DNA of 63,908 nucleotides, counting the filler, from Platydemus manokwari (lineage: Eukaryota): the NCBI GenBank assembly GCA_037951405.1. It is 6 parts of 6 records of this genome, joined end to end, with 100 filler letters (N's around TTAATTAATTAA, not from the genome) between each part and the next. Parts side by side here need not be neighbours in the genome. Positions count along the whole stretch, not along the records: positions 1 to 15,826 come from JBBMOY011233653.1; 5 more parts are not named here. One strand, given 5' to 3'. The notes below the pieces were generated by a model. The model was not told the origin of the DNA. It did not search any database and worked only from the letters and a program-made list of their open reading frames with translations. Of the stretch, positions 1 to 12,724 are shown piece after piece. The position numbers and the translations under genes are program-made. How positions within the stretch are numbered: the first letter of the stretch is position 1; every line of letters starts with the position of its first letter.

Positions 1-3000
1 CGAATATTGGTATTGAATTGAGAAACCCTTGAGAAAAATCCCTTTTTGAAACTGTCTCTATGATTAATGAATAATAATATAATCAATTATCAAGTGACCA
101 AAAACACATTTCCTTTAAAAATTGAAAATGAAAAAGTCAAAACAAAACCAATGTAAAACAATTATCAAATAAATATCATTCGGCAAACATTCAACAACAT
201 TTTAATAAAATATAACAAATCAATGTAAATATTACTATATTTAAATAAGAAGACAAAGTTTATTTTGAAGGTTCATTTTGAAAAGATAAATATAACGGAA
301 GATATTACAATTATTTGTCACGTACTCCACCAATAGACAAGATCTCAAATCTAGAAATTAATAATTCCCTCATGGGTATATGTGAATCCATGATCACCTC
401 ATTTATCTTCGACATTATTTACCACTTAGCTCTGTGCAGCTGTTATAATCAGGTATTGATATCAAATCTGTATCTCACAATAATTATGAAGATTTCAAAG
501 CTTTTTGATCCATGTTACAATTCAAGGAAATTTCAAGAATTTGTTAATGAATTTACGATTAATTTTTCACTATTTTTACTCTGTTTTAATAAATTACTTG
601 ATTACAAATATATTTGTTATTGATTTTCTCAGGTAAATCTAAAAGTTTCTAACAATTACATGTTAAAGAAAACCTCCTAGTTTCGTTATCACATTTTTAT
701 TATTAGAATCATACATTTTAAAAAAGAATTTTACAAATTATAAGAAATTTTTAGGTCTTCCGAAGCCATAAATCTATAAAATAAATCTACGCATTTTCCA
801 AAAGAAAATTAATGTCATTTATATTTTTGAAGATTAATTTCACAGACTCATTTCATAGTTTTCACGTAGTAGTTTATTAATAAATATATTTCAAGTTGTT
901 TCATTAAAAATTAATTTACCTGTTTGTTTAAAGTACTGGTATCGATCTTCTTTTGTTTCTGTTTACGTGCCTGATAAGGGAATAGCACAATAAATGGCGT
1001 TTTCAATTTCGATATTTTACTGTACTCTGACTCGAATAATGTTTTCACAATCCGATCTGCATAATAAATTATTATTATTATCATAGATTTTTTTATTAAA
1101 AAAAAACCCAACAACGACACTACTACTTTAAAAATCAAAAGATGATTCATAAATAATTTCCATTCATCTAATAACAGCAAAGATAAGACTCATATTTCAT
1201 GGTGTCAACATTAGATGGATGATCAGTTAGGTTTTATCGACAATTCGAGGTAATGATATTTTGGAAGTTGATCGAATTACTTTCAGCACTTTATTCGTTA
1301 AAACATCGACACATTTTAACCGGTATTGTTTATCAATGGATGTAAGAAATATTGATTACAGTTTTTATCATGTTTCAGTATATAGTTATCTGGTTTTTAC
1401 ATTAAATAATTACATAATCAAGAGTGAAAAATGTAAGAATTTTAGATCGATAAATAATTATAATCAAGGATAAAAGAAATTTTTAACTTAAAACATATGA
1501 AAATTAAATAAGGACAACGGCAAATTGTTTAAACTGTTGGTCATAACGACATTTGAAACAGTGTGGATTTTAAAAATTGATATATTTCGTGCACTATGAA
1601 CCGTTTAATTAGCTTATTTAATCCTAATTAAAAACAATATCTCTATCATATTATACTTTTAATACAAATACAATATCGACATTACATGTATATTTAATTT
1701 CAAGCTTTACAAGGATAGAATCAAGTTTTAAACATAAATGGTTTATTTTGTGAATTTCTTTGAAATTTAAAAACTTCTTATGCTAGTCAAAATTTAAAAT
1801 TCTATTTAGCATCAGTAAGAAAATAATTTCCAACAAATTTTCAAAACAGAAATATTAATAATAACACATTTTCCAGAAATTATTTTGGTAACAAAAAACA
1901 ATTACGGATATGAAAAGTAAATTTTAAAAATTCTGATCACAATCCTTTTTACGTATGCCTAAATAACAATTTTCGAAACCAAAGTGATTTTATTGGTTAG
2001 ATCTTGATTAGTCATATACTTTGCAATGAGTAGTAGCTCCAGCTGATGTATTCAAAATTTCTACAATTTTTCCTTAAATAATAATCAATAATTCTTATTC
2101 TTTTTTGCTGTGACGACTTTTTTTTCTTCTTGACATTTGAGTTATTTATTTCGATTTGAATTAAATACAATTATTAAAAATTTTTGCCAAAAAATAAAAA
2201 GATGGAAACAATATTTACAGAATTACTATTATAGTTCAATTGAAAACAAACATATCATTGTACAATCGATTTCACCGACAAGTTTGCTTTTAAAAAATCA
2301 GAGTGCTTAAAATAGAAATTTGCTTGTATGTTTTGCTCAGGATCATTATAAAATGATTTGAGAAAACTAACTATTGCGTAATATACTCGATCAGAAAATG
2401 TTAATCATATTTGTTTAACATGTTTAATACAGAATGTTAAATCATAATTTGAAGGTTAAATCGAACGTTTGGTAATTGAACTTTTGAAATGATTAGTTCA
2501 TAAATTAAACAATGATAAAATTACGTAATTGATTTTGGAAAATATTTCAATAATTAACACTATGACAACCCAATGAAAAATAATAAATTATTTGCCAGAA
2601 AGAGAAAAAAACTGATGAATAATATCGTTCATACTGACAGAAACTGTTTCAGCAAATAGAGAAAATTTCCGTCTGTAGACTTTAATGGAGAAATGATTTT
2701 TGTAACATTACAGTCTTTTAAAGCAAGTGATAAACGTTGCGTAATATGTAATTAAAACTGTCACATATATATAAAAAATAACAAGAAGAAAAAGGAAAAC
2801 ATCTAATTGGATTCAATAAATCATCGACAATGAAATTTCCAACTAGTAGCGGTGTCTATGGGATTTTAGACTTTATAAACAGTGCGCCGTACCATCTATG
2901 TGCTGATAATATCAATATTATCATATTTGCTTACTGCCATGCCAGACTTTTCATAACATCATCAATGAACTGACCACTAATTTCGATTTGAAAGAGAGTG

Positions 3001-6000
3001 TTTCGCAATTATTCAGTCACATAAATATATGATAAAAATGTCAAGAAATATTATAAGCCCGATGTAAAATTCGATTTGACTTTTCTACTAAATTGATAAT
3101 GTTGGAATACAAGATGAATATCATGTAATAGAAATTTTGAATTTCTTTTATGAAAATTTGATAAAATAAATAAAATAATAAAAATATAAACTAATATCAA
3201 TTAAAGATAAATCGATATCATTAATCTGAGATTAATTATTTATAAAAAATAAGATAAAAATATCCAACGGTAATGAATAATTATAACATAATCGATATAA
3301 TAATTAATAACTACAATTAAAAAAATATTTATAATTATAAATTATTTTTTTTAAATAATAATAACTTGTACTTTCAAAATAATTTCAAGTTTATTTTTCA
3401 ATTCATTAAATTGACAATAAGTTGAATGATTATTGAAGTGAGTTATTCTGCAAGAAAATTATTAATAATACATAGTGGTGATTAATTGTTCTAATCAATT
3501 CCACTATTTAATCCCATCACAAAACGTTGTGACTCATGAAATTGTAGAGCTACGGTTAGGCGAATTACAAGTTGGTATATGTATAAATATATTTACACAT
3601 TTCACGAAGAATTGTTCTACAACACCAATTATCGAAATTCATATTTACCATTTCATTTAGACTCACTCAACTATTTCAGACAAATTCAGCTATTATAATT
3701 ATTAACAATTGATTTTTTCTATTTTTATACATATTTAAAAGATATTTCATCAAATATAATTTATTAATCAATAATTTTCGAATTTAATTTAAGTGAAATC
3801 AATAAATAATAAATAAATAAAATACACTGCAAAAAGAAATTGAGTTCATTAGTGATTTGTGTGTCCCATCAAAAGCTAAATTTCATTTACGGGTTTAAGT
3901 GTAATGAAATGGTTGATGTGTGTTATTGAAATGTCTAAAATACATCGGTCTTCATCGATCATAGATCATAGAACACGTTAAATGTCACACCTTTTATAAC
4001 TACTAATAGCATATCGATCCGAAGCTTGTTTAGGCGGCATTATCAGCAAAAATATATTTATTATTATTTTTTATGTTATAATAATAAATAATGTAAATAT
4101 GCCAAATTGTTACTAATGAATAGTTTTTTCAACCAAATTATAATGTCAACAAATTTATTTGGATGAATAATTTTATTATAAACTTAAGTTTTATTTGCTG
4201 AATTGATAATTAAGCGCCTTAATAAAAGTGATAATATAAACAAATTCAAAGAATAGATTTTATGAATCAAATAATTTTCATGGCATATGCATTGTAAATA
4301 TCTCTCTCTATTTCCCTCCTCTTTCTCTCTCTTATTTATATAGAAAATATATTACTAACTATTATAAAATGAAAGTATAACAAGAAAATTATGAGCGATA
4401 ATAGAAATAAATTATGATTACCAAATATAAATTTTTGATTACGAAGTACAAGTTTTCTGGGATCAATTTACTAAAGAAGTAAAAATTAGAAAAACTCGAA
4501 TTATAAATGGTGTAAATAATAGATAAAATGTCATTTATTGATTTCATTGGTGTGTTTAGATAATTTTAGACATTGTTATAACCATGGAAATCTGATTCCA
4601 TTACATTTTAACACCCTTTCAGCTTAACCTAATTGATAAAGTTTTTTGAAACACTAAAATCTAATGACAAAACTAACACCTTAGATTTGTGAAGATATTA
4701 AACCCTTCGTTATAAACTATATGAAGGGTAGAGATATTTGTACTGCTTCAAATACATGAACAATCATTAAATGAATGAATATTTATTGTGAACAACTTAA
4801 TTTGTTTCATTTGATATTCTTTCAATACTCCTTAGTGAATATAATAATAATATTTTTATTAACAAATAAAAAAACCATGAAACGTTGTCACTGAAGTCAA
4901 TTTGTTGGATATCTCAATGAATCTGTATAGCAATAGAAAATACCAAATTCCTCCATTGTTTTATTGTTTTAATATGATTACATTTTAATTAGAATCTCTA
5001 CAAAATATAATACAAAACCAAAAACAATTTCACAATTTGTCACTTATCTAATCAACACCACCACAACAGCCATCATCGAGCTATTAAAAATATTTTTATT
5101 AATCCACTTTTACTAAATTTTCTTTTCAATCCAAACTTTTATTGGGATTATATTTTCATTTGATTCATTATTAATTCTCATTCTCTCAACACTGTCATTA
5201 TTATATTGACAAAAAATTCCAATAAAATAAACGACAACCAAACGTAAAAATATGAAAGAATAAAAATTCTTCAATTGAAGTACAAATGAAGAGCGTTGAG
5301 ATAAATTGGATTGTTATGAACAAAATAAAAAACCGTTTGATTGACACAACATATTGCATTGGATACCATGGACAGTTTTCACAATACCAATTCGATAATA
5401 AAACAAAACTAGACAAAAGCTAGACACAAATTGTTATTTTATTTATTAATAATGATAATTTCTGTTCAAATTTTCGGCAAATCGCTAATATAAAATTTCC
5501 CCAAAACCATTCCGGACCCAGAAAAAATCGCATTCAATCGATTTTCCCAATGTTTTTCCCCTCCATATTAAAACGCTCTCAATGTTTTCATTTTCATCTG
5601 AATTGATCGGGTGGACGCATTCATATATATATTTTATTCATCTTTTACATTTTTCAAAAATTGGCAACAAAAAATGATAAAACTTTTTCAATGAACTGGC
5701 ATTTCCCAACTCGATCATTACAAATTATTTGAAAAAATATACCCGCATTAATTATATTCCCCTTCAATATATCATTATATTCAGTAACTTATGATTATTA
5801 TTAATAATAATAATATTTTATATGGAAATATTTCTATTAATATCATTGTCTAAAATTTCTACCGAGTACAAATTGAAAACTTCTACAAATACAACACAAA
5901 TGCATGCCTATGATAGTAAATTTCTCGCTACGGGGAAATATTGGGCTGACTCATCAACAATAGCTAATAAAATCTGTAAAATCCATTATAGAAATAATTA

Positions 6001-6189
6001 TTCTATGTTGATTGTATGTATGTATGTTACACGAAGCGCAAAAATTATTCTTTTCATAAAAACAAAATCCACACCTAATTTCCATTTGAAATGTTCGTTT
6101 GTTTGTTTTATTTTTGTATTTTTAAGACGATAATATATAAATGTCATAAAATTTGGATTTGAATTTAATAAAACCATAACAAAACTTAC

Positions 6190-6586
6190 TAGCTGTACAA
6201 TTACTGATACATGTGGGCCAAACCCAGCATTCACATTGTCGCGATGATTCACCAGGGTAATCCGATCTGAACATCGATGATTGACTCTGTTCTGCTGAAA
6301 TTCCAAAAATTCCATTCCGTTGTTCGAGTCCAGAAACTAAAAAAATAAAATTATTCTTATTAAAAATAGGAATGACTGTTCAAGACATTTTAAAAAGAAG
6401 ACATTAAATAAATATGAAATGAATCTCTACTGCATTCCATATCGTGAAATTTTAAGAAGGTTTCAAAAGAATTTTTAACATTTTTAAAATAATCCATACC
6501 ATGAAATATATACTGCGAAAAACATGAAATTATATAAAAACAAAAATGAACTTACAAAATAGTATCAGTAAAATTCCAATTGTCAT
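6190..6586 (-). CDS. Putative small secreted Cys-rich protein, 5' exons (6586-6556, 6336-6190); 3' end unresolved
   Basis: ATG at 6586 gives MTIGILLILF followed by a GTAAG donor. A TTTTTTTAG acceptor opens a GC-richer exon in matching phase (FSGLEQRNGIFGISAEQSQSSMFRSDYPGESSRQCECWVWPTCISNCTA), which ends at GTAAGT. The hydrophobic N-terminus resembles a signal peptide. No family recognised. Confidence 0.45.
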
Positions 6587-6850
6587 TTCATAAGTATTTT
6601 TGAAATTGAAAATCAATAAAAAGCATGTAGAATCCCAAAATATTAATATAATTAAATGTGCTTTAAATATACACTAATTATTTATCTCTTTGTATAGTGC
6701 AGTTAAACAAGAGTATAATTTTTAATTAATTATGAAATATATTCTTCATATCATAATTTTTATAATTTATTTAATAAAAAGAATAAAATTTAAAGAAAAT
6801 TTTTATTTAAAAAGCAAAATTATTTTTAAATGCATTATTAATTGAAAATG

Positions 6851-9800
6851 TTAATTTTCTAATTTCTCAATTTCAAAAGTAATTTTGGAATCTGGCTTCG
6901 ATATTTCCAACTTCTGCTTCATTTCTTCATAGTCTAAACATAATTTTAATTTAATTTGTATTATTTTAAATTTTATTAATTAAAAAATACTAACCTTTTT
7001 AAAATATTTTGATCAATATTAAAATCACTTTAAATTTTTTAGCACCTGTGTAAAGAACTATAGCCTTTGTATGTAATAAGTCGAGATAAATCTTAATCAG
7101 TTTTCTTATGTGAGCATATACACGTGCCTATACATAAATAATTCTTCTGAAGTGATGTTAGTGTGACATAAACAATATTGAAAATCATCATTTACAAACA
7201 TTATTATATTTGAACATATGGAATGCAATATCAATTATGCAATATAAGCTTGATATTATTTATTTTTAATTTAACCATTATTTCAAATAGTATTGAAAAT
7301 TTTATTAAAAATAACCTTTATCTTGCCTTCTTCTCCAATTAGATCTATTCTCCATAATACATGTTTCCCATGGTCTATTATTACAATACTTGAACTCTAA
7401 ATTAAAAACTCATCACAAACTCAATATCATTAAACAAGTTTAGTTTATAAATTCAATAGTTACTTTATAAAATTTGTGAAAAGAATTATTTTTATATTCT
7501 TAAATCCTGAATAATTATTGCACTGATTAATTGTATCACAGCAAATACAACATGTTAATGCATAAATAGAATTCATAAACATTTACTGCAAGAAATCTCA
7601 TAACCATCAATATACATATACAATGATATTTGTTCTAAGCAAGAAACAAAAATTTTTCTGTTCATTTTGTATTTATCCCTTGAAGTTGACTTTCATGTGA
7701 ATGATGTGAATTAGTGTTACTTTATTTCAAAAATGAATATTCTTTAACTCATACGATATTATATGGCTTATAGAATTTTAATTTTTATTTAATATCACTA
7801 TTCTCAACTATGTTAATTATTTCACTATTAAATAAATTAAATATAAGAATGTCCTATCACTAATGCTTTTAAGTTTTTTAATTATTATATTTTAAATTAT
7901 TTTATAGTGGGTTTAATTTTATAATAACAATACTTTGATTTCAGATTTATTTGCGAACAGTTAAAATATCAATAATATTATAAATAAACTCAAGTACTGG
8001 AAGAAATATATGTAATGCTTATAATTAAGGGTGTATTCATTACTGATAATTTTTCTCTCAATTTTTTCCCAAATATTTATATCTAAGAGATGGCGATCTG
8101 AACCATCAAAGGCAACTGTAACTGAAAAAATCGAACTTGAAAATATAAACGAATTTATGTTATAAAAGTCGAATCTTTATTTTTGAAGTAAGTACTGCAC
8201 ATTAATTCTATTATTAAGTTTAAAACTATTCCACCTCTCATAGTTATTTCAAAAAAATAAATTGCACCTCAAACAGAACATAATTTATAAAATTACTTTA
8301 ATAATTACCAAAACATAAGTATAGACAAGATCGCAATAGTTACAGCTCTAATAATAAAGAAAGATATTGTAATAAAATCAAGTGAAATAAGTTATCAGGC
8401 ATTTATAACCTAAATATATCGAATAGAATCGCTGATAAGATATTTTAAGATGACCAGTACACAATAATCACAAATTCTCAAAGTCCTCCATTCGAATCGC
8501 CAGCTATCAATTTTCATTTATAATAACTTCCAAATCTTGCTCAAATCTCGTAATTTAAAATTCGTAATTCGAACCCCTCAAAATCCAAAGTCTCGAACTT
8601 ATTATATCAAATTAATATCGTAACAGTGAAAAAAATGATTCAGAAGTCACGTTAAACATGAAGAAAGACAAACAGTTAAACGATTTAAAGCAATCATGAA
8701 GAAAAATATATTAATCAACGAATTTATCGACAAGTAAATGGTGCTGACAGCTGTCAAATAATTTGTTATTACTAAATGTTGTTTTCGTTTAATATAGTAT
8801 AAATACATTCACATCGATTTGCGAAATATGGTAAATTATTTGGGGAGATATGTTTATTGATGAAGTTATGACTTGACATAATCCAGTGAGTTAAACCATT
8901 ATGTAATAATTAACATTAAGATCATTCCTTTCTTACAAAATTTTTCACTTATTGATTCAGGTACTAAATAATCGGTGATGTGACACGTACTTCGTATAAA
9001 ATACTTTTTGTTATGTAATTTCTCTATCAAAATACATGTTGTTTCATTTATAAAGTAATTTTGATTTATAATGCGCAATTGATCGGTCATGCACAACTTT
9101 ATTGATAAAGAATTGTAACCCATGGTTTCATCGCTCAACAATCACAAAAATGTCTCGCAATTATTTGAAATTTAATAAAATTAATAATAAGTGTTGTGTA
9201 TTTACTAAAACCTTTTCATTCAATATGTTTTATTCCCGATAACAAGCTCACACACACGTTTTCAATTTCTTATTGCTTATTCTTTACTTCGTGAGCCAGC
9301 ACACATTCGAATTAGTTTGTATTTGTATAATAATTCCGATTTTAATAATTAAACACATTTAATTACAATAAATTTCTAAACAATAAAAAATTCAATAAAA
9401 AAAAACAATTAGGAAATTTTAATAAATAGTTTTTCTTGGATTTTTTTTAAAATGACTAATAATATCATTTAAAAATAAATAAAACAACTAATATAAATCA
9501 AAAAATAAAATGAAATAATTTACGTATAACTAGATTTCCCATTCCTCTGGAAGATTTCGTTGTTTTTAAAACATGGGCTTTCAGGTTATCTTCCGTGTTT
9601 AATTGTACTAACAATAGTTCACTAAGATTCGCAAATAAGTCAAATGTTGGTTGAGTGATATAATCAATGAATCCTTAATTTAAAATTTAAATTATTTTAA
9701 TTCAATGATTTATAAATATTGAATTGAGGGCTCTTCAAACTATGTTATGTGTGGTTACCTTAGAGCAGCGGTTCTCAATCTTTTTTCTATGCAGACTCAT

Positions 9801-12724
9801 TTCCTCATTTTTAAGATCATGGCTACCCCAACATAAAATCAATATTACTAAAAATAATTTATAACTCATCATATTAATAAAACCGATTTGCAACAAGTGA
9901 TGATTTACCTATAATATTAAGATTGTCAGATAATAACATTACTTATAAAATACTTAACTGTAGTAGTCAAGGTAATTGTAAACAGAAGTAGTTTAATAAG
10001 AATCACAAACTATTTATTTAACAGCATCATAAAACACGATTTTTCACATGTAATGGTTAGTACACGTACCATAATTCGGCGAACCCTTTAAAAATACTTG
10101 CCGACCCCTGGGGTTGAGAAGAACCACAGCCTTAAAGTGACCACCAAAAAATATATAATATTTCAAAATAAGATTTTCCTTTTTCGATTATTTTTCATAT
10201 CTATTTATACTATTATAATTACTGAAACAATTCTAATCTATTTAAACCACACTTATCTTATCCAATAAATTCTTCACATAGTAATCCATAAAATATGTCA
10301 AGATAAATTATCAAATAGATTATAATATCTCGTAAACATAATTTTTAAAAACTTAAAGTATAAAAATATAAATAAATATAAAAATCAATAGAATAATAAT
10401 GATAATTTTGATTTTCAAAGTTTTTGGCAAAAACGTTTTTCATTTTTATGAAACCTACTTTAACTAACAGAATAAGTGTATGATTTTTAATTTATCGTTT
10501 AAAAACTTTAAACATTCTTTAATGAAACACCCATACTATTGTGGAATATTGCCCAAGACAGAGTACAAAAATTCACTTTTCATAAAATACAAATTGTAAA
10601 CGATTATGAAAATTTGAAGCCATAAAAGTATATCAAAGTATTCAAACAAGTTATGTCGATTGATTTCAAAATGCTCATAAGTACCTCAACACTTAGGAAA
10701 TAAACTGTCGAATTAGTCAAATCAAATTTTTTATCTGTACGCACTGACTCGCTTAGCTTTTGTCAGCATCAAATTATAAATTTAAATCCACTATTTTGGA
10801 GTTATATTTCATCTCGAGATCGACGCTATTCTGAAATGAAAAGCATTGTCTCTCATTTGTATCACTGTCTCTCACATTTGCATCTTCCTATAGGAAGGTT
10901 CTTTTAGAAGATGGTTAATTTTTATGGAATATAATTAATTTCATTGTAGGCACTCTCCAAATCCAAACCAATCATGCCCTTGATCTTCAAATAGTCGATT
11001 GTTTTGAATGCTCTAAGTCAATTTGATATTTTGGCATTGGATAATAAGAAGATTCTAGTTTCCCGTTGAGTTGAAATATCAATTGATGGAATCAAATGAC
11101 TTGCAAAATCTCAGTTCAGCTGTCTCGATTAATGGCGATCTGATTATGTATTAGAGCACATAATTTGTTGTGTCGATAAGCTTATCATAAAGATAACCAT
11201 CTCAATGTATCAAATCGATGTACAGATAGTTGATATTAGAATATATTTTTGAAGACAAAACATGTTTCTGACTGATCCCCTAAACATGACCTAATATTTA
11301 CGGAAATAACAAAGCAAAAGTCTGGATTGAATATAGACAAATTATTATCACAACTATTTTTTTGGACACACTAGCAACTCAGAATCTGTAAATTTTTTAT
11401 AATTATCTGGGGAGTCTGATAACAATTTTGGGTAACATTATAACCGACTGAAACACCGAGATATCGATATGATTCCCTAGGGTGAAGTTGTATCAAATAT
11501 GATTGCGATATGATTGCAATTATTCTCCTAATACAGTAAGGATTAAATTGGCAATTCTAGAATCGAAATAAAAAAATTTCAGTTTATTACTGTTGGATTT
11601 ATATTTGGAGGTCAGCGGTATTTGTGACCACAAAAGTAATATTATCAGTATTAGCAAAAAAAGTAGATTTTTTTATTGAAAGTCTTATAAAATTAATAAA
11701 TACCGAATCAACTACATTATGTATTGGACTGTGACCATTAGAGAATGGTAGCCTTACTTTACCACACTCTAAATTGGATTTTGGAAGTGGCTATGCTAAA
11801 ATACTTGTGATAATTGGCCACAGTGAAGTGGATAATTTTGACGATATTAATAAGCTGAAACAATATTTTTTGACATTTACAATAATCGAAAATTAAAAGT
11901 TATAAAAGAAATTTTATTTTGAAAATATTTTTTTGAAAATATAATAGAAAACAGGAAAATTGCAAAGAAATTAAACAATATTTTAAATTCTAGTATTAAA
12001 TTAGTGAACTAAATATCACAGAATTGTTTGAACAAAATAAGTTTTAATAATGAAAACAAAATCTCCTCCATTTAAATTATTTCTGTAACGATATTTAAAA
12101 ATGTTTGGTGTCCACCCAAAAAATGCCATTCTAAGGATAAAAATCACAAAAAAAAATGTTAAATCGTAGTTTAAATTCGACAAAATCCTATATTAGGAAC
12201 GCAAGCTTTATTCAAAGACTGATAAATTGGTGGACAGTAATTTCTACTTGGAAGACATTTTATTTGAAGAAACAGTAATTACAGAAATAATTACATTGAC
12301 AAATAAATTTTATCGACTTACCAATTTGGCTTTGATAAATATGTATAAAATGCCGATCACAAAGCGGAGAAATAGGAATCCCAAGAGCTCTTTCACGATC
12401 ACCCTTAATTTTAATCAATGATACTTAGTGAAATTCAAATTCAACCTGAGTGAAAAATTCATCAAAAAGATGTGCTACCCATCTAATGTGGATCATCCAT
12501 TCTTTAGCCGGATTCGATAAATCAGCAGCATGTAATAGTGTACATAAATAATCTACTATTTTTATTCTATAAACATATTTGAAAATGTGATAAGAATTTT
12601 GGAAATATATGCATCCACTTACGGTTCCTTTGATTGAAAATAATTACTCGTCTTTTTAACGATACTAAAATGTTGGCTCATATCAGTGGACATTACCATT
12701 TTGATGCAAAGTGATCGAAAATCG
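6851..12724 (-). CDS. Class I 3',5'-cyclic nucleotide phosphodiesterase, PDE1-like; C-terminal half of the catalytic domain (5' exons not found in this contig)
   Basis: Exons 12724-12623, 12566-12446, 12403-12322, 9673-9524, 7396-7316 and 6933-6851 all have GT-AG boundaries and consistent phases. They translate to DFRSLCIKMVMSTDMSQHF...LLHAADLSNPAKEWMIHIRWVAHLFDEFFTQGDRERALGIPISPLCDR..QSQIGFIDYITQPTFDLF...RPWETCIMENRSNW...EKLEN*. These are hallmark PDE catalytic motifs, closest to PDE1 (HAADISHPAK, GDxExxLGLPxSPLCDR, SQIGFID, RPW). Confidence 0.92.
9766..10129. mobile_element. Non-autonomous hAT (Buster/Charlie-type) MITE in a PDE intron
   Basis: Ends are CAGCGGTTCTCAA ... TTGAGAAGAACCACAG, an imperfect TIR of the CAGxGGTT type. 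It is flanked by an 8-bp TSD, CCTTAGAG (9758-9765) / CCTTAAAG (10130-10137), with a central TA. Confidence 0.75.

Noticed and set aside
315-5416. Short ORFs in the first 5.4 kb, including 315-623, 911-1180, 3475-3660 and 5201-5416
   Set aside because: No recognisable motifs and composition typical of random AT-rich ORFs. The 5408-5320 segment could be a third exon of the secreted-protein gene, but the support is too weak.
12227-12421. Plus-strand ORF
   Set aside because: Antisense shadow of a PDE exon.
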